NCBI GenBank assembly: GCA_965116905.1
Contig: OZ220732.1
Location: 3,840,001-3,904,000, forward strand
DNA: 64,000 nucleotides
From: Longimicrobiales bacterium
Lineage (GTDB): Bacteria > Gemmatimonadota > Gemmatimonadetes > Longimicrobiales > Gaopeijiaceae
Direction of reading: 5' to 3'
This document shows, piece after piece, positions 19,941 to 29,219 of this stretch. Position numbers and translations under genes: made by a program. Positions within the stretch are counted from its first letter, which is position 1, and each line of letters starts with the position of its first letter. Below the pieces are notes generated by a model. The model made no database searches. It was not told the origin of the DNA and saw only the letters and a list, made by a program, of their open reading frames with translations.

Positions 19941-21314
19941 TCAAGAGCGTGTTCGGCACATCGCCCCAGGCGGATGCCTGATCTGGGCTCTACCAGCCGC
20001 TGTGATGCGGAAACGCTGCTTCGGGCTGCGTGGCTTTTCGGGGGTCGTCATCTCTATCCAACCTGCGCCCAGGCACGGATCCAAGTACCGCTCCTTAAGG
20101 TTCCCCCGACTTCTGAGACCCAAGGCAGCAAGGATATCCTTTCGCGTCATCTCCCCGGACATCTCACGGAGCAGTCGCATGGGCAACTCCCCAGGGACGG
20201 GCCCGTCTGCCTGGGATACATAGCCGGGTTCCGAGACACTCTTGTGGTCGCTTTCCGTCGGCACACCCTCTCGGACGGCGGATACACCTGGACCGGCTTC
20301 GTGCTCGGAAGCGAAGAGCGGCAAATCGTCAGTCGGCTCGATGGGCCTCGAAACCGGTGATTCGTCGTAGCACAGGAGCGCTTGGAGTTCAGATGGATCC
20401 TTCGGCTCCGGCCAAGGACGAGCGTCCCGCTCAACCAGCGCATCAAGTCCCGCGCACGGCTCTCCACCACGCCGGACATATACCGGCACGTAACCAAGCT
20501 TGTCCAGCTGCTCGGTCGCCCCCGTCCAGGTGCCACCATGCCCATGATCCGATTTCACAACCAGCGCCGCGTCCGCCAGCGCATAGATCTGCTTGTTGCG
20601 TTCCATCGCCTGCCAACCCCGGAACCGGACTGCCGGATCGAAGGAAGAGACCATCACCAGGCGCCCGTCCATCAGGGGCTCTCGATTCCCTCGGTGCAGC
20701 GCCGCACGCTCCAGGCCATTCCCCAGTACGCCGACCGCGCGGCCACCCTCCTTCAAGGATCCTCGCATCGCAGCCTGATCGACGCCTCGGGCGCCGCCCG
20801 ACACGATCGGCACATCCGCCTCAGCTGCCAATTGCCCAATGCGCTCCGCGTAGTCAACGAGCTCATCGTTCACGTTTCTCGAGCCCACGACCGCGAGCCC
20901 GCCCTCGTCCAGGCAACCCCGTTCGCCGCAGCCGTACAGGACCGGTGGCGCCTTTCCCTTCATCTTCCTCTTCAGCCGACTTGGATAATCGTCATCGGCC
21001 CTCGTGACCACCCAGATCGCACGTGCACCCCAACGCTCCAGCGCATGAGCCACTAGAAAACCCCGGTCAAGCAGTCGATAAACATCTTCCAGGGTTCGCC
21101 TGATCCCCAACCTGGACCACGAGTTGTCCAGCTCCCTCAAACCTTCGGAATGAAGAAGATCCGCGGGCTGCATGTGGGCGTCGCGAAGGTGCCGCACCAG
21201 ACTGTTGTAGGCACCCAGGGGCAGGGGCTTCACGGAGGTCGGGGATCTGCCGACCAGGAGCGGCGCCGTCAGGAGAAGGATCGCCTGGCCGTTGGCACTG
21301 AGTCCGCCGTTCAT
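19941..21314 (-). CDS. DprA/Smf-domain protein, RqlI-like, with C-terminal winged-helix
   Basis: YPSRLK, PPVLYGCG, AVVGSR, VSGGARGVD, AMERNKQIYALAD, GGTWTGA; C-terminal YLDPCLGAGWIEMTTPEKPRSPKQRFRIT. Confidence 0.85.
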   Translation of the reverse strand: MNGGLSANGQAILLLTAPLLVGRSPTSVKPLPLGAYNSLVRHLRDAHMQPADLLHSEGLRELDNSWSRLGIRRTLEDVYRLLDRGFLVAHALERWGARAIWVVTRADDDYPSRLKRKMKGKAPPVLYGCGERGCLDEGGLAVVGSRNVNDELVDYAERIGQLAAEADVPIVSGGARGVDQAAMRGSLKEGGRAVGVLGNGLERAALHRGNREPLMDGRLVMVSSFDPAVRFRGWQAMERNKQIYALADAALVVKSDHGHGGTWTGATEQLDKLGYVPVYVRRGGEPCAGLDALVERDARPWPEPKDPSELQALLCYDESPVSRPIEPTDDLPLFASEHEAGPGVSAVREGVPTESDHKSVSEPGYVSQADGPVPGELPMRLLREMSGEMTRKDILAALGLRSRGNLKERYLDPCLGAGWIEMTTPEKPRSPKQRFRITAAGRAQIRHPPGAMCRTRS

Positions 21315-23647
21315 CAGCTACGCCCTAAAGTCGAGAGTGCGAATGGCCAGACCGTGCCGCCACCGTTTTTGCGCAACAACCAAGCCCCGACCGTCAGGGT
21401 CCAGCGCGAACTGACTATGTCGTCCACGAGCAGCACCGGAGTTGGTCGAACGTGTGGAGCAGAGACCGCGACGGAGTCGTCGACGTTCCGGGCCTGTTGC
21501 ACGGTGTTCTCCATTTCCTTCTGCGGACGACGATCCTCGGTTTTGACGAGAACCGGACGAAACGGCAACTCGAGCTTTCTCGCCAGTCGCTCTGCGAAGT
21601 CGGGCACCAGGTTCGGATTCCGGCGTGATGGAATGCAGGTTACCCAGGTTGGCCGCGGATTCGGACCCCAGCGACTCACCAGCGAAGCGCTTGCGTCAAC
21701 GAGCTCGTCGGCGAATCGTCGGTCCTCCTGTTTACCGCGCTTTACCATCTCTCCCCATCCTCCGTCTCCCCACCGGCACAGTGCTCTTCCGGCTTCGGCT
21801 CGCAATTCCTCCGGAATCTGACCTTCAACGTCGTAGCCCGACAACCCGCCTGTTGGCCACCTCAACCTTGGTTGAATCGGCAGATCGAGGCGGCGCAGAA
21901 AGGCCAGAGCGTCGAGCTCGGTTTGCTGGCTGACCTCGGTTGGAAGCAGTGGCAGCCCCTGAGACCCAATCCCCTCTGGGTCACCGTCGAGTGCACGAAT
22001 CAGAAACTCCATGTGACCGCGTTCCAAGCGCACATACTCCTGCATCTGGCGCTGCTCGTCATAGCGCAGATCGGTCAGACGTTTCACTCGCTCCCAGAAC
22101 GTACTCCTCAGATCGGCAGCAGTCAGCTTCCAATTCGCACCATCCTTCACAATCGGAGGCGGCCGCTCCAGAGACAGCAGCTTCAGAGTAATCGCGATGC
22201 GACCGCTGGTCATGTTCACCTGGTGCTGAAGCCCGTACCGTGACAAACCGTCAGAAGTCGTCTCCAGCGCTCCGATCAGCTGTTTCACCTCTTGGGGCGT
22301 GGGAAACGAGCTAGTGATGAAGTAGTCGGTGATGTCGGTTTCCTCGTCGCCGCTCAACAGGACGCCATAGGCATTATCGAGCGCCCGGCCGGCACGACCC
22401 ACCTGTTGATAGTATGCCACCACGGACGCTGGTGTCTGGTAGTGGATGACAAAGCCCAGGTCTGGCTTGTCGAAACCCATCCCCAGAGCGACGGTGGCGA
22501 CGAGGGCTTTCACACGGTTGTCTAGCAGTTCCTGCTCAAGCTGTTCGCGTTCCTCTGGCTCCATTCGCCCGGTATATGCTTTGGCATCGATGCCTCGCGA
22601 CTGGAGCCAGTCCGCAACCTGTTCGGCATCGCCCACGGTCAGCGCGTAGATGATTCCGTGACCGGGAATCCGAGGGAGTTGCTCGGCCAGCCACGCCAGC
22701 CGCTGGGCCTGCGGTGGCAGACGTATGGTCTGTAGGGTAAGCGACGGACGCGCCAGGGGCCCCCGCTGGACCCTTAGATCGCGTCCAAGCAACTCGTGCA
22801 GGTCGGCCATCACGCGGTTGGTGGCCGTGGCCGTAGTTGCCAGCAGTCGCATGTTCGCCGGCAGTGCCCGGGCCGCACGCTCTATGAGTTGATAGTCCGG
22901 CCGGAAGTCGTGTCCCCAGTCCGATATGCAGTGACATTCGTCGATCACAAGCAGGGAGATGCGGCCGGCAATCCCCGCAAGTACCTGGTCTCGAAAGCGC
23001 TCATTGGCAAACCGTTCCGGCGCGATGAGCAGGATGTCGACCTCGTCGCGGTCCAATCCGGCCTCGACCTCAGGCCACGCTTCCGTGTTGTCCGATGTAA
23101 TTCTGGCCGCACGGACTCCCATTCGCTCAGCGGCCAGAATCTGGTTGCGCATCAAGGACAGCAACGGCGAGACGAGCAGGGCCGGACCTCTCCCCGCTTC
23201 CCGAAGAAGCCTGGTCGCAATGAAATAGACGAAGCTTTTTCCCCACCCTGTCCTCTCCACAACCAGCAATCGGCCTCGGCCGTCTACCACATGGCGGATC
23301 GCCTCTTCCTGGCCGGGGCGGAAGCTGGCATCCGCAATGCCGGTGCCCCGCCGCAGGAGGTCGAGGGCTCGCAACGGACGGTAGGTCACCGGCTTGCTGC
23401 CAGCGATGCTACGGAGAGCTTGCTCAATGTCGCGAATGTCGTCGGATGACAATTCGCTGGGCAGCGCCTCGAGGTTGGGCCGGACGACCCGTTTCAGGAA
23501 GGTTGCGATCCTCGCCTCGGACGCGACCACCAGACGGACCCTGTCCTCCGGCACCGAGCCCTGCCAGCGGTCCGAATGAACGATCAGGCCCAGCGTACGA
23601 TGGCGACCCACCCAGTACTCGTGTCCGTCAATCTCTACCCCTTGCAT
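21314..23647 (-). CDS. RecQ-like DExH helicase with C-terminal phosphoribosyltransferase domain (RqlH-like)
   Basis: RTGWGKS, SPLLSLMRNQ, DECHCISDWGHDFRPDY, GMGFDKPD, YYQQVGRAGR; C-terminal VLLVDDIVSSRWT PRTase motif; TGATG coupling to the DprA-like gene. Confidence 0.88.
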   Translation of the reverse strand: MQGVEIDGHEYWVGRHRTLGLIVHSDRWQGSVPEDRVRLVVASEARIATFLKRVVRPNLEALPSELSSDDIRDIEQALRSIAGSKPVTYRPLRALDLLRRGTGIADASFRPGQEEAIRHVVDGRGRLLVVERTGWGKSFVYFIATRLLREAGRGPALLVSPLLSLMRNQILAAERMGVRAARITSDNTEAWPEVEAGLDRDEVDILLIAPERFANERFRDQVLAGIAGRISLLVIDECHCISDWGHDFRPDYQLIERAARALPANMRLLATTATATNRVMADLHELLGRDLRVQRGPLARPSLTLQTIRLPPQAQRLAWLAEQLPRIPGHGIIYALTVGDAEQVADWLQSRGIDAKAYTGRMEPEEREQLEQELLDNRVKALVATVALGMGFDKPDLGFVIHYQTPASVVAYYQQVGRAGRALDNAYGVLLSGDEETDITDYFITSSFPTPQEVKQLIGALETTSDGLSRYGLQHQVNMTSGRIAITLKLLSLERPPPIVKDGANWKLTAADLRSTFWERVKRLTDLRYDEQRQMQEYVRLERGHMEFLIRALDGDPEGIGSQGLPLLPTEVSQQTELDALAFLRRLDLPIQPRLRWPTGGLSGYDVEGQIPEELRAEAGRALCRWGDGGWGEMVKRGKQEDRRFADELVDASASLVSRWGPNPRPTWVTCIPSRRNPNLVPDFAERLARKLELPFRPVLVKTEDRRPQKEMENTVQQARNVDDSVAVSAPHVRPTPVLLVDDIVSSRWTLTVGAWLLRKNGGGTVWPFALSTLGRS

Positions 23648-23691
23648 CCAATTACTCCGAAGGGGAGAACCAGGTCGCTATCCCACACCCC

Positions 23692-25980
23692 TCAGAACGC
23701 CTTCATGTACGTCAGCTTTACCACGCCGGTCCGCCGCTGCCAGCGCTCCGTCCTGGGGTCCAGCAGGTCCCCTGTCAGGTACCCCGTGTCGAACACCACG
23801 AAGAGGTCGCTGCCGGGCGTGTGGATCCAGTTGATCCGGACGTTGGCCTGGACCTGGTTCGAGACGTCGTCGTACTGGACCAGGGCGTTGGCAAAGAGCG
23901 ATCGGCTGACCGCGGCCAGGACGGTCAGGCTGAAGAGGCTGGTGGTGAAATCGCCGTCCTCGACGGGGAGGCTGATGTCGTTGCGCGTGTAGTCGCCGCT
24001 GAGCGTGAGGTAGGGCCCCGTCTTCCACATGCCGCCGACCGCCACCTCGGTCCCCGTGCCTCCCCAGAATCCGCCCCTGGAAAAGCCTCCGCGGGCCGAG
24101 AACTCGCGGCTGTCGTTGGTGTTGAACCGGATCTGGGCTCCGCTGAACACGTAATCGCCGGGAGCCAGCTCGCGTCCCTGAATCCGCACCGGCTGGTGGA
24201 GAACCTCTCCCCGGCGGGTGATGTTGAGCATCATGCGGTCGCCGCTGTCGAAGGTCAGCATGTTGTGCGACAGGAGGAAGGTGCTCTGCTTCTCCCCGTC
24301 CATCCCGGCGATGTGGTCGCCGCTCACGACCGTGATCAGCTGGCGCGCCCAGTCGCTCTGCTCGAAACGGGGGAACACGGCGACGGAACCCGAACGCGTG
24401 CGGATGTCGCGGCGGCGCACGAAGCCCAGCGCGGGGTTGAATCCGCCGGGCACCTGCGCGAAGCTGCCTCCCGCCGAGAGCAGATCGTTGCGCAGGTCGA
24501 CTTCGATCGTCCCGGCCGTGGCGCCGCCCGCCGAGGTGCCGCCGCCCGCCGAGGTGGCGCCGCCCGCCGAGTTGCCGCCGCTCCCGGACGACATGCTGGC
24601 GCTCTCCGTCGACATGCTGCCGCTCTCCGTCGACCGGGCCATCCATCCCCTCACGGTGGACCCGCCGAACCGGATCTGCATGTCGCCCCCGACGACTCTG
24701 CTGGCGCCGTCGTCCGTGTCCAGCGACGTGAAGATGCCGCCGACGGTCGTCCGCGGGAACGGGTCGGCGCGCAGCCGCAGCACCGAGTTGAGGCCGCCGG
24801 CGATGAGCTGGCCCCGGGCGTCCCGGGCGTCGTCGGTAAAGAGGCTGAGCGCGCCCACCGAAATCGGGCCGGCCTGACCCGTCAGCCGCGTGCCTCCCGC
24901 AATGTCGTTCGTGATCCCGATTCGGCGGCTGAAGAACACCTGCGTCTCCTCCGGGTCGCCGAAGTCGAAGAGCCCGGCCCGCTCCAGGAAGAACTCCCGC
25001 TTCTCGGGGAAGAAGAGGCCGAAGCGCGTCAGGTTGATCTGGACGTTGTCGGCCTCCACCTGGGCGAAGTCCGGGTTGAGGGTCGCATCCAGCGTCAGAT
25101 TCGAGGTGATCGAGTACTTGAAGTCCAGCCCGAGGTCGTTCAGCGTCTCGGTGCCGCCATCCGCCTCGCCCTGCCGTCCCGTCACCGAGCGGCCCGTGAT
25201 CGCGAACGGCTTCACCTCCATGTAGCGGCCGCGGCGCAGCCCCTCCAGTCCGGTCAGCGTGGCGTACTGCGACACCTGGCTGAGCGCGCGGCTGAACTCC
25301 TGGCCGATGTGCGGGAAGTACACCATCTCGTTCTTTCGCCGGATGGTGCGCTCCATGAGGATCCCCATCTCGAGCGCGTCCGCGTCGTCGAAGCGGATCG
25401 TCGTGAACGGGACGGCGGCCTCGACCACCCAGCCCTCGTCCGTAATCCGCGCCTGACTCTCGTAGACCCCCTCCCACCACCAGTCCGAGAGCGTCATGGA
25501 CTCGTCGGTGATCAGCGCGTCGCCCTGGGTCCCGAACGGGTTGATCTCGAAGATGTAGGCGTTGCGCCGGTCGTGGTACGTGTCCAGGCCGATGCGGATG
25601 TTGTCGTCCTGATCGATCCGTCCCTCACGGTGCAGGATGCTGCGCCGGATCCCGGACGGGTCCGAGTCGTGGAGCACGACGGCGAAGTAGAGGTTGTTGT
25701 CGTCGAACGCGACCCTCAGTTCGGTGCGCTCCGACGACGGGGCGCCGTCGACGGGGACGCGCTGGCGGAAGTCGGTGACGGGCTCGATTTCGAGCCAGAA
25801 CGGCTCGTCGAGTATCCCGTCGATGGTCGGCGGCTCGCTGGCGCGTACGGCCCGGACCGTCGGGTCGTCGAGCACCGCGGCCTCGGCCGACTGGCCGGAA
25901 GCAGCGCTCTGCCCGTGGACGAGGCCGTGGAGCAGGGCGGCGCCAAGGGCCGCCAGACACACCGGGCGGACTACGCGCAC
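23692..25980 (-). CDS. CBM9-like + DUF5916 outer-membrane protein
   Basis: PTIDGILDEPFW, EAAVPF, LDATLNPDFAQVEAD, FFPEKREFFLE, FFSRRIG; ends KLTYMKAF. Confidence 0.85.
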   Translation of the reverse strand: MRVVRPVCLAALGAALLHGLVHGQSAASGQSAEAAVLDDPTVRAVRASEPPTIDGILDEPFWLEIEPVTDFRQRVPVDGAPSSERTELRVAFDDNNLYFAVVLHDSDPSGIRRSILHREGRIDQDDNIRIGLDTYHDRRNAYIFEINPFGTQGDALITDESMTLSDWWWEGVYESQARITDEGWVVEAAVPFTTIRFDDADALEMGILMERTIRRKNEMVYFPHIGQEFSRALSQVSQYATLTGLEGLRRGRYMEVKPFAITGRSVTGRQGEADGGTETLNDLGLDFKYSITSNLTLDATLNPDFAQVEADNVQINLTRFGLFFPEKREFFLERAGLFDFGDPEETQVFFSRRIGITNDIAGGTRLTGQAGPISVGALSLFTDDARDARGQLIAGGLNSVLRLRADPFPRTTVGGIFTSLDTDDGASRVVGGDMQIRFGGSTVRGWMARSTESGSMSTESASMSSGSGGNSAGGATSAGGGTSAGGATAGTIEVDLRNDLLSAGGSFAQVPGGFNPALGFVRRRDIRTRSGSVAVFPRFEQSDWARQLITVVSGDHIAGMDGEKQSTFLLSHNMLTFDSGDRMMLNITRRGEVLHQPVRIQGRELAPGDYVFSGAQIRFNTNDSREFSARGGFSRGGFWGGTGTEVAVGGMWKTGPYLTLSGDYTRNDISLPVEDGDFTTSLFSLTVLAAVSRSLFANALVQYDDVSNQVQANVRINWIHTPGSDLFVVFDTGYLTGDLLDPRTERWQRRTGVVKLTYMKAF

Positions 25981-26016
25981 ACGCCGGGCACGGTGGCAGA
26001 GCCGTCCCGCACCGGC

Positions 26017-26349
26017 TTATTCCTCATCCGCCTCGATTTCACATGTGTCCTGGTCGCAGCACGGCTCGGCCGACTTCCGCACCTGACAGCGACAGCCGCC
26101 GCACGTGCAGCCACACGGCGCGCTGGCGCGGTCGCCGGAGTCATCCTCGGGGCAACCCCAGGAACTCCCACCGGTGCCGCAAGACCAGATCCAGCAGCAG
26201 GACTTCGAACAGGACTTGCCGGACCCTTTCCGACGCAGCCAGCAGATGAGAAGGATCACCAGCAGGATTTGCGGGAGGCCGATCCGGATGGCCGAACTCC
26301 AGAACTCTCCGAGAGAGGTCAGGTAGAAGCTGAAGAAGTCTCCCAACAT
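26017..26349 (-). CDS. Small membrane-anchored cysteine-rich protein
   Basis: GGAGG RBS before ATG 26349; one TM segment; 14 Cys including CC and CxC motifs; acidic tail. Confidence 0.65.
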   Translation of the reverse strand: MLGDFFSFYLTSLGEFWSSAIRIGLPQILLVILLICWLRRKGSGKSCSKSCCWIWSCGTGGSSWGCPEDDSGDRASAPCGCTCGGCRCQVRKSAEPCCDQDTCEIEADEE

Positions 26350-26436
26350 GGCGTCCTCCGTGTAATGTCTTGCTCCGTCCATGAAATGTACTGTCCCGCG
26401 GCCCTCATTGTTTCGCGCGCGCCGGGTCGGGCGAAT

Positions 26437-27876
26437 TCACTCCTCGCCGTCCGCCCGGTTTCTCACCAGGGCAATCCTCGCACCGTCGGGGCTCACCGCG
26501 ATGCGCGAAATGTCGCCCGAGCCCGCGCCCAGGTCCGCGATTTCCCGCCATCCGGTGTCCTCGGACCACGCAAACAGCACGGCCCCGTCGCCCATCAGGA
26601 TGTCGCCGGCGGGGGTCCACGCATGGTCCTCGCGAGCCGGCAGCGTCCGCACGATGCGCTCGCTGTGGCCCGACGCGGGATCCAGGCGCTCGATCCACCA
26701 TTCCTCGTCGTCGACCTTGCGGACGAAGGAGATCTCGCCCGATCCGGGAATCCGGTGGATCGAACGGCCCGGGTTCTCGGCCACGACACGGATCTCGCCG
26801 GAGAGCGCGTCGCCGACCTGGAGCGTCGGCGGACTGCCGAGGATGAACATCGCCACGGTCCGCTCGTCCGCCCACGCGTGGTATCCGACCGGCTCGGCCG
26901 TGGCGAAGATCGGCCCCAGCTCGGACCCGTCGGCGCCGTACCGCCACAGGTACTGGAAGCCGTTCCTCTCGTGGATGGCCGAAAACGCATCCTGTGCGGG
27001 AATGGGCGTGGGCGAAAACTCGCTGGCGTCGGGCGTATGCGTGACCCGTTCCGTCGTGCCGTCCTCCGCCCGGTGGCGGAAGGTGTCCGTCTGCGTCGAA
27101 TCCATCGCGGCCGTGTAGTACAGGGCGTCTCCGGCGGGGTCGAAGGCCGGCTGATTGTCGTAGCCGTCGCGGTCGGTGGCGTTCGCGAGACCGCTGACGA
27201 CGAGGTTGCCGTGCTCGTCCCGGTCGAGCCGGCCCAGCCAGATGTCGGTGGACGGGGCCCCGGCCGCAGTGGGCACATGGTCGGGCGGAGCGGGACCGAT
27301 CGGCGGGAACGTGCCGTCGGCGGGCGTCGCCGCGAAGGGATCTCCGGTGTCGTGTGCAGGGTCCGGGGCCGCGTCGCCCGTGCACCCGAGCGCGAACGCG
27401 AGCATGAGCAGCAGTGCCGGGCCGGCCGTGGGCGTGGCCCCCACCGCGTCGGAGTCGTCGTCGGGTTGAGGGGCCAGCGCAGCCGCGAGGGCGTCCTCCG
27501 CCAACCCCCACTCCTCCAACGCCTGCCGTGACGATGCGTCGCCGGCACGCGCCACGCCCAGGAGGAGGTGGCTGCTGGTGGTCGCGCCCCCACCCGATTC
27601 GGACGCCGCGGTGACCGCAGCGGCGAGCACTTCGTGGGCGTCCGGTGTGAAGGGGAGGTGTCCGTGATAGGTCTCGGGCAGGTCGCGCATGTCCTCCGGG
27701 AGGGCTTCGAGTTCCAGTCCCAGCGGATCGAGAAGCTCCAACAGTCCGGGGGCGCGCTGAGACACGACCCCCGCCAGGATGTTGTGCGGCGAAATCGCTT
27801 CCGCCCCATCCCGGGCGGCCGCAGCGGAAGCGCGGTTCAGCGCGTGGACGGCGTCATCGGCTAGGTTAATGCTCAT
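26437..27876 (-). CDS. Clp N-terminal-domain + TolB-like beta-propeller fusion protein
   Basis: Two Clp_N-like repeats (PHNILAG, LPFTPDAHEVL...HLLLG); internal hydrophobic LLLMLAFALGC; GYDNQPAF, SEFSPTP, ISRIAVSPDG. Confidence 0.7.
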   Translation of the reverse strand: MSINLADDAVHALNRASAAAARDGAEAISPHNILAGVVSQRAPGLLELLDPLGLELEALPEDMRDLPETYHGHLPFTPDAHEVLAAAVTAASESGGGATTSSHLLLGVARAGDASSRQALEEWGLAEDALAAALAPQPDDDSDAVGATPTAGPALLLMLAFALGCTGDAAPDPAHDTGDPFAATPADGTFPPIGPAPPDHVPTAAGAPSTDIWLGRLDRDEHGNLVVSGLANATDRDGYDNQPAFDPAGDALYYTAAMDSTQTDTFRHRAEDGTTERVTHTPDASEFSPTPIPAQDAFSAIHERNGFQYLWRYGADGSELGPIFATAEPVGYHAWADERTVAMFILGSPPTLQVGDALSGEIRVVAENPGRSIHRIPGSGEISFVRKVDDEEWWIERLDPASGHSERIVRTLPAREDHAWTPAGDILMGDGAVLFAWSEDTGWREIADLGAGSGDISRIAVSPDGARIALVRNRADGEE

Positions 27877-27928
27877 GGTGAAGCAATCTGTACGCGGTTC
27901 GGACCATCGTTCAAGGCCCCGGCGCCGG

Positions 27929-28348
27929 ATGCCGTTGCGGCTGACCCGCTGCGCGGCGCAGTTCGCATGCCTGCTCGCCCCCGCGCTCTTCGCGTGCGTC
28001 CCGACGCCCACGCGCAATCTCGAGGAGCTGATCATCCGGGACAGCACCTATCTCGATCCGGCCTCGATGCTGCCCTATTCGGGCCGGGTCGTCCGCCACT
28101 TTCCGGGGGAAGACAGCCTCCTGCAGCTGGAGGCCAGTCTCCGCGACGGCACCTGGGAGGGCGAGTTGACGGTGTATCACGAGAGCGGCCGCGTGCGGTA
28201 CCAGGGCGAGATGTCCGGTGGCGCGCAGTGCGGCGGCTGGATCGAGAACGAGAATCCGGCGGAGCCCGAGACCGTCTACCAGGCGATCACCGAGGACCTG
28301 GAGTCGCTGGTCATCTATCCGGAGTGCCCGCGCGCAGCCAGGCGATGA
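27929..28348 (+). CDS. Small lipoprotein, MORN-variant-like
   Basis: Lipobox ALFAC; PYSGRV, DGTWEGELTVYHESG motif. Confidence 0.55.
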   Translation: MPLRLTRCAAQFACLLAPALFACVPTPTRNLEELIIRDSTYLDPASMLPYSGRVVRHFPGEDSLLQLEASLRDGTWEGELTVYHESGRVRYQGEMSGGAQCGGWIENENPAEPETVYQAITEDLESLVIYPECPRAARR

Positions 28349-29219
28349 GGCGCCCCCCGATCCTGTCCGGGTCGAACGCCGGCACGTGGGCGCCCTGCTC
28401 GATGGTCCACAATTCGACGGTGACCCCTGCAGCGCATCCCGCACGGTAGCGGAGCGGCTGCGTTTCCGGGCCCGACAGCGTGAAGTCGAGGTCGATCGGT
28501 TCCAGCATTTCCGCGGCGGCGAGATCGCACCCGGCGCGGGCAGCCCACCGGCGGACGGTCTCCTCGGCGCCCGGGTAGTGGGTGTCGCCCGTGTTGCTGC
28601 TGCCGCCGCCGTACTGGATCACGACGTCACCAGTGCCGTGAATGTGAAGCACCGAGACGGGCGCGGCCCCTGCACACCGCTCCGGATCGTCGAACGTGGT
28701 GCCGGCGACCGCTACGATTCCGCGCAGCCCCGGCATCGATTCGCAGGCCATGCGGTAGGACATGAAGGCGCCGTTGGAGAGCCCGACGAGATAGACTCCG
28801 TCCGCGACGACGTGCTCGCCCGCCTCGACCACGAGCTCGTTCAGGTACGCGACGTCGTCCACGCCGGTGCCCCAGAAGTCGCAGCAGTAGTCCGTCGCGT
28901 TCCAGAAGTTGGCGCCCTCGGGGTTGCGGGTGCCGTTGGGCAGGATCAGCGCAAACCCGTCCTGCGTGACGCGTTGCGACAGTCCGAAATACCGATTGGT
29001 GTTGGCGGAATTGCTGGTGTAGCCGTGGAGCGCGATCACGACGGGAAGAGGAGTGCCGGCCGTGTAGTCCAGGGGACGGACGAGGGTCGCCGGACGATCG
29101 CCGCCGATGATGAAAACGGACGGGGCGGCCGGCGTCTCGCTCGAGGAGTCGGTGGACGAGGCGTCGCATGCGGCCGCGCCCAGCGCGAGGAATGCCAGTA
29201 GCCGGGCTGGTCGAGTCAG
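28311..29219 (-). CDS. PHB-depolymerase/LpqP-like alpha/beta esterase lipoprotein (probable CTG start)
   Basis: VIALHG, WNATDYCC, DDVAYL, GLSNGAFM, HIHGTGD; the frame stays open upstream of 29039 through lipobox LGAAAC to a CTG at 29219 with GGAGG upstream. Confidence 0.8.
   Translation of the reverse strand: MTRPARLLAFLALGAAACDASSTDSSSETPAAPSVFIIGGDRPATLVRPLDYTAGTPLPVVIALHGYTSNSANTNRYFGLSQRVTQDGFALILPNGTRNPEGANFWNATDYCCDFWGTGVDDVAYLNELVVEAGEHVVADGVYLVGLSNGAFMSYRMACESMPGLRGIVAVAGTTFDDPERCAGAAPVSVLHIHGTGDVVIQYGGGSSNTGDTHYPGAEETVRRWAARAGCDLAAAEMLEPIDLDFTLSGPETQPLRYRAGCAAGVTVELWTIEQGAHVPAFDPDRIGGRLIAWLRAGTPDR

Noticed and set aside
16547..19981. Very long opposite-strand ORFs (e.g. 16547..19981 +, 23446..27531 +, 29168..33124 +, 39596..42583 +)
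   Set aside because: Shadow ORFs of real high-GC genes on the other strand; no recognisable motifs.
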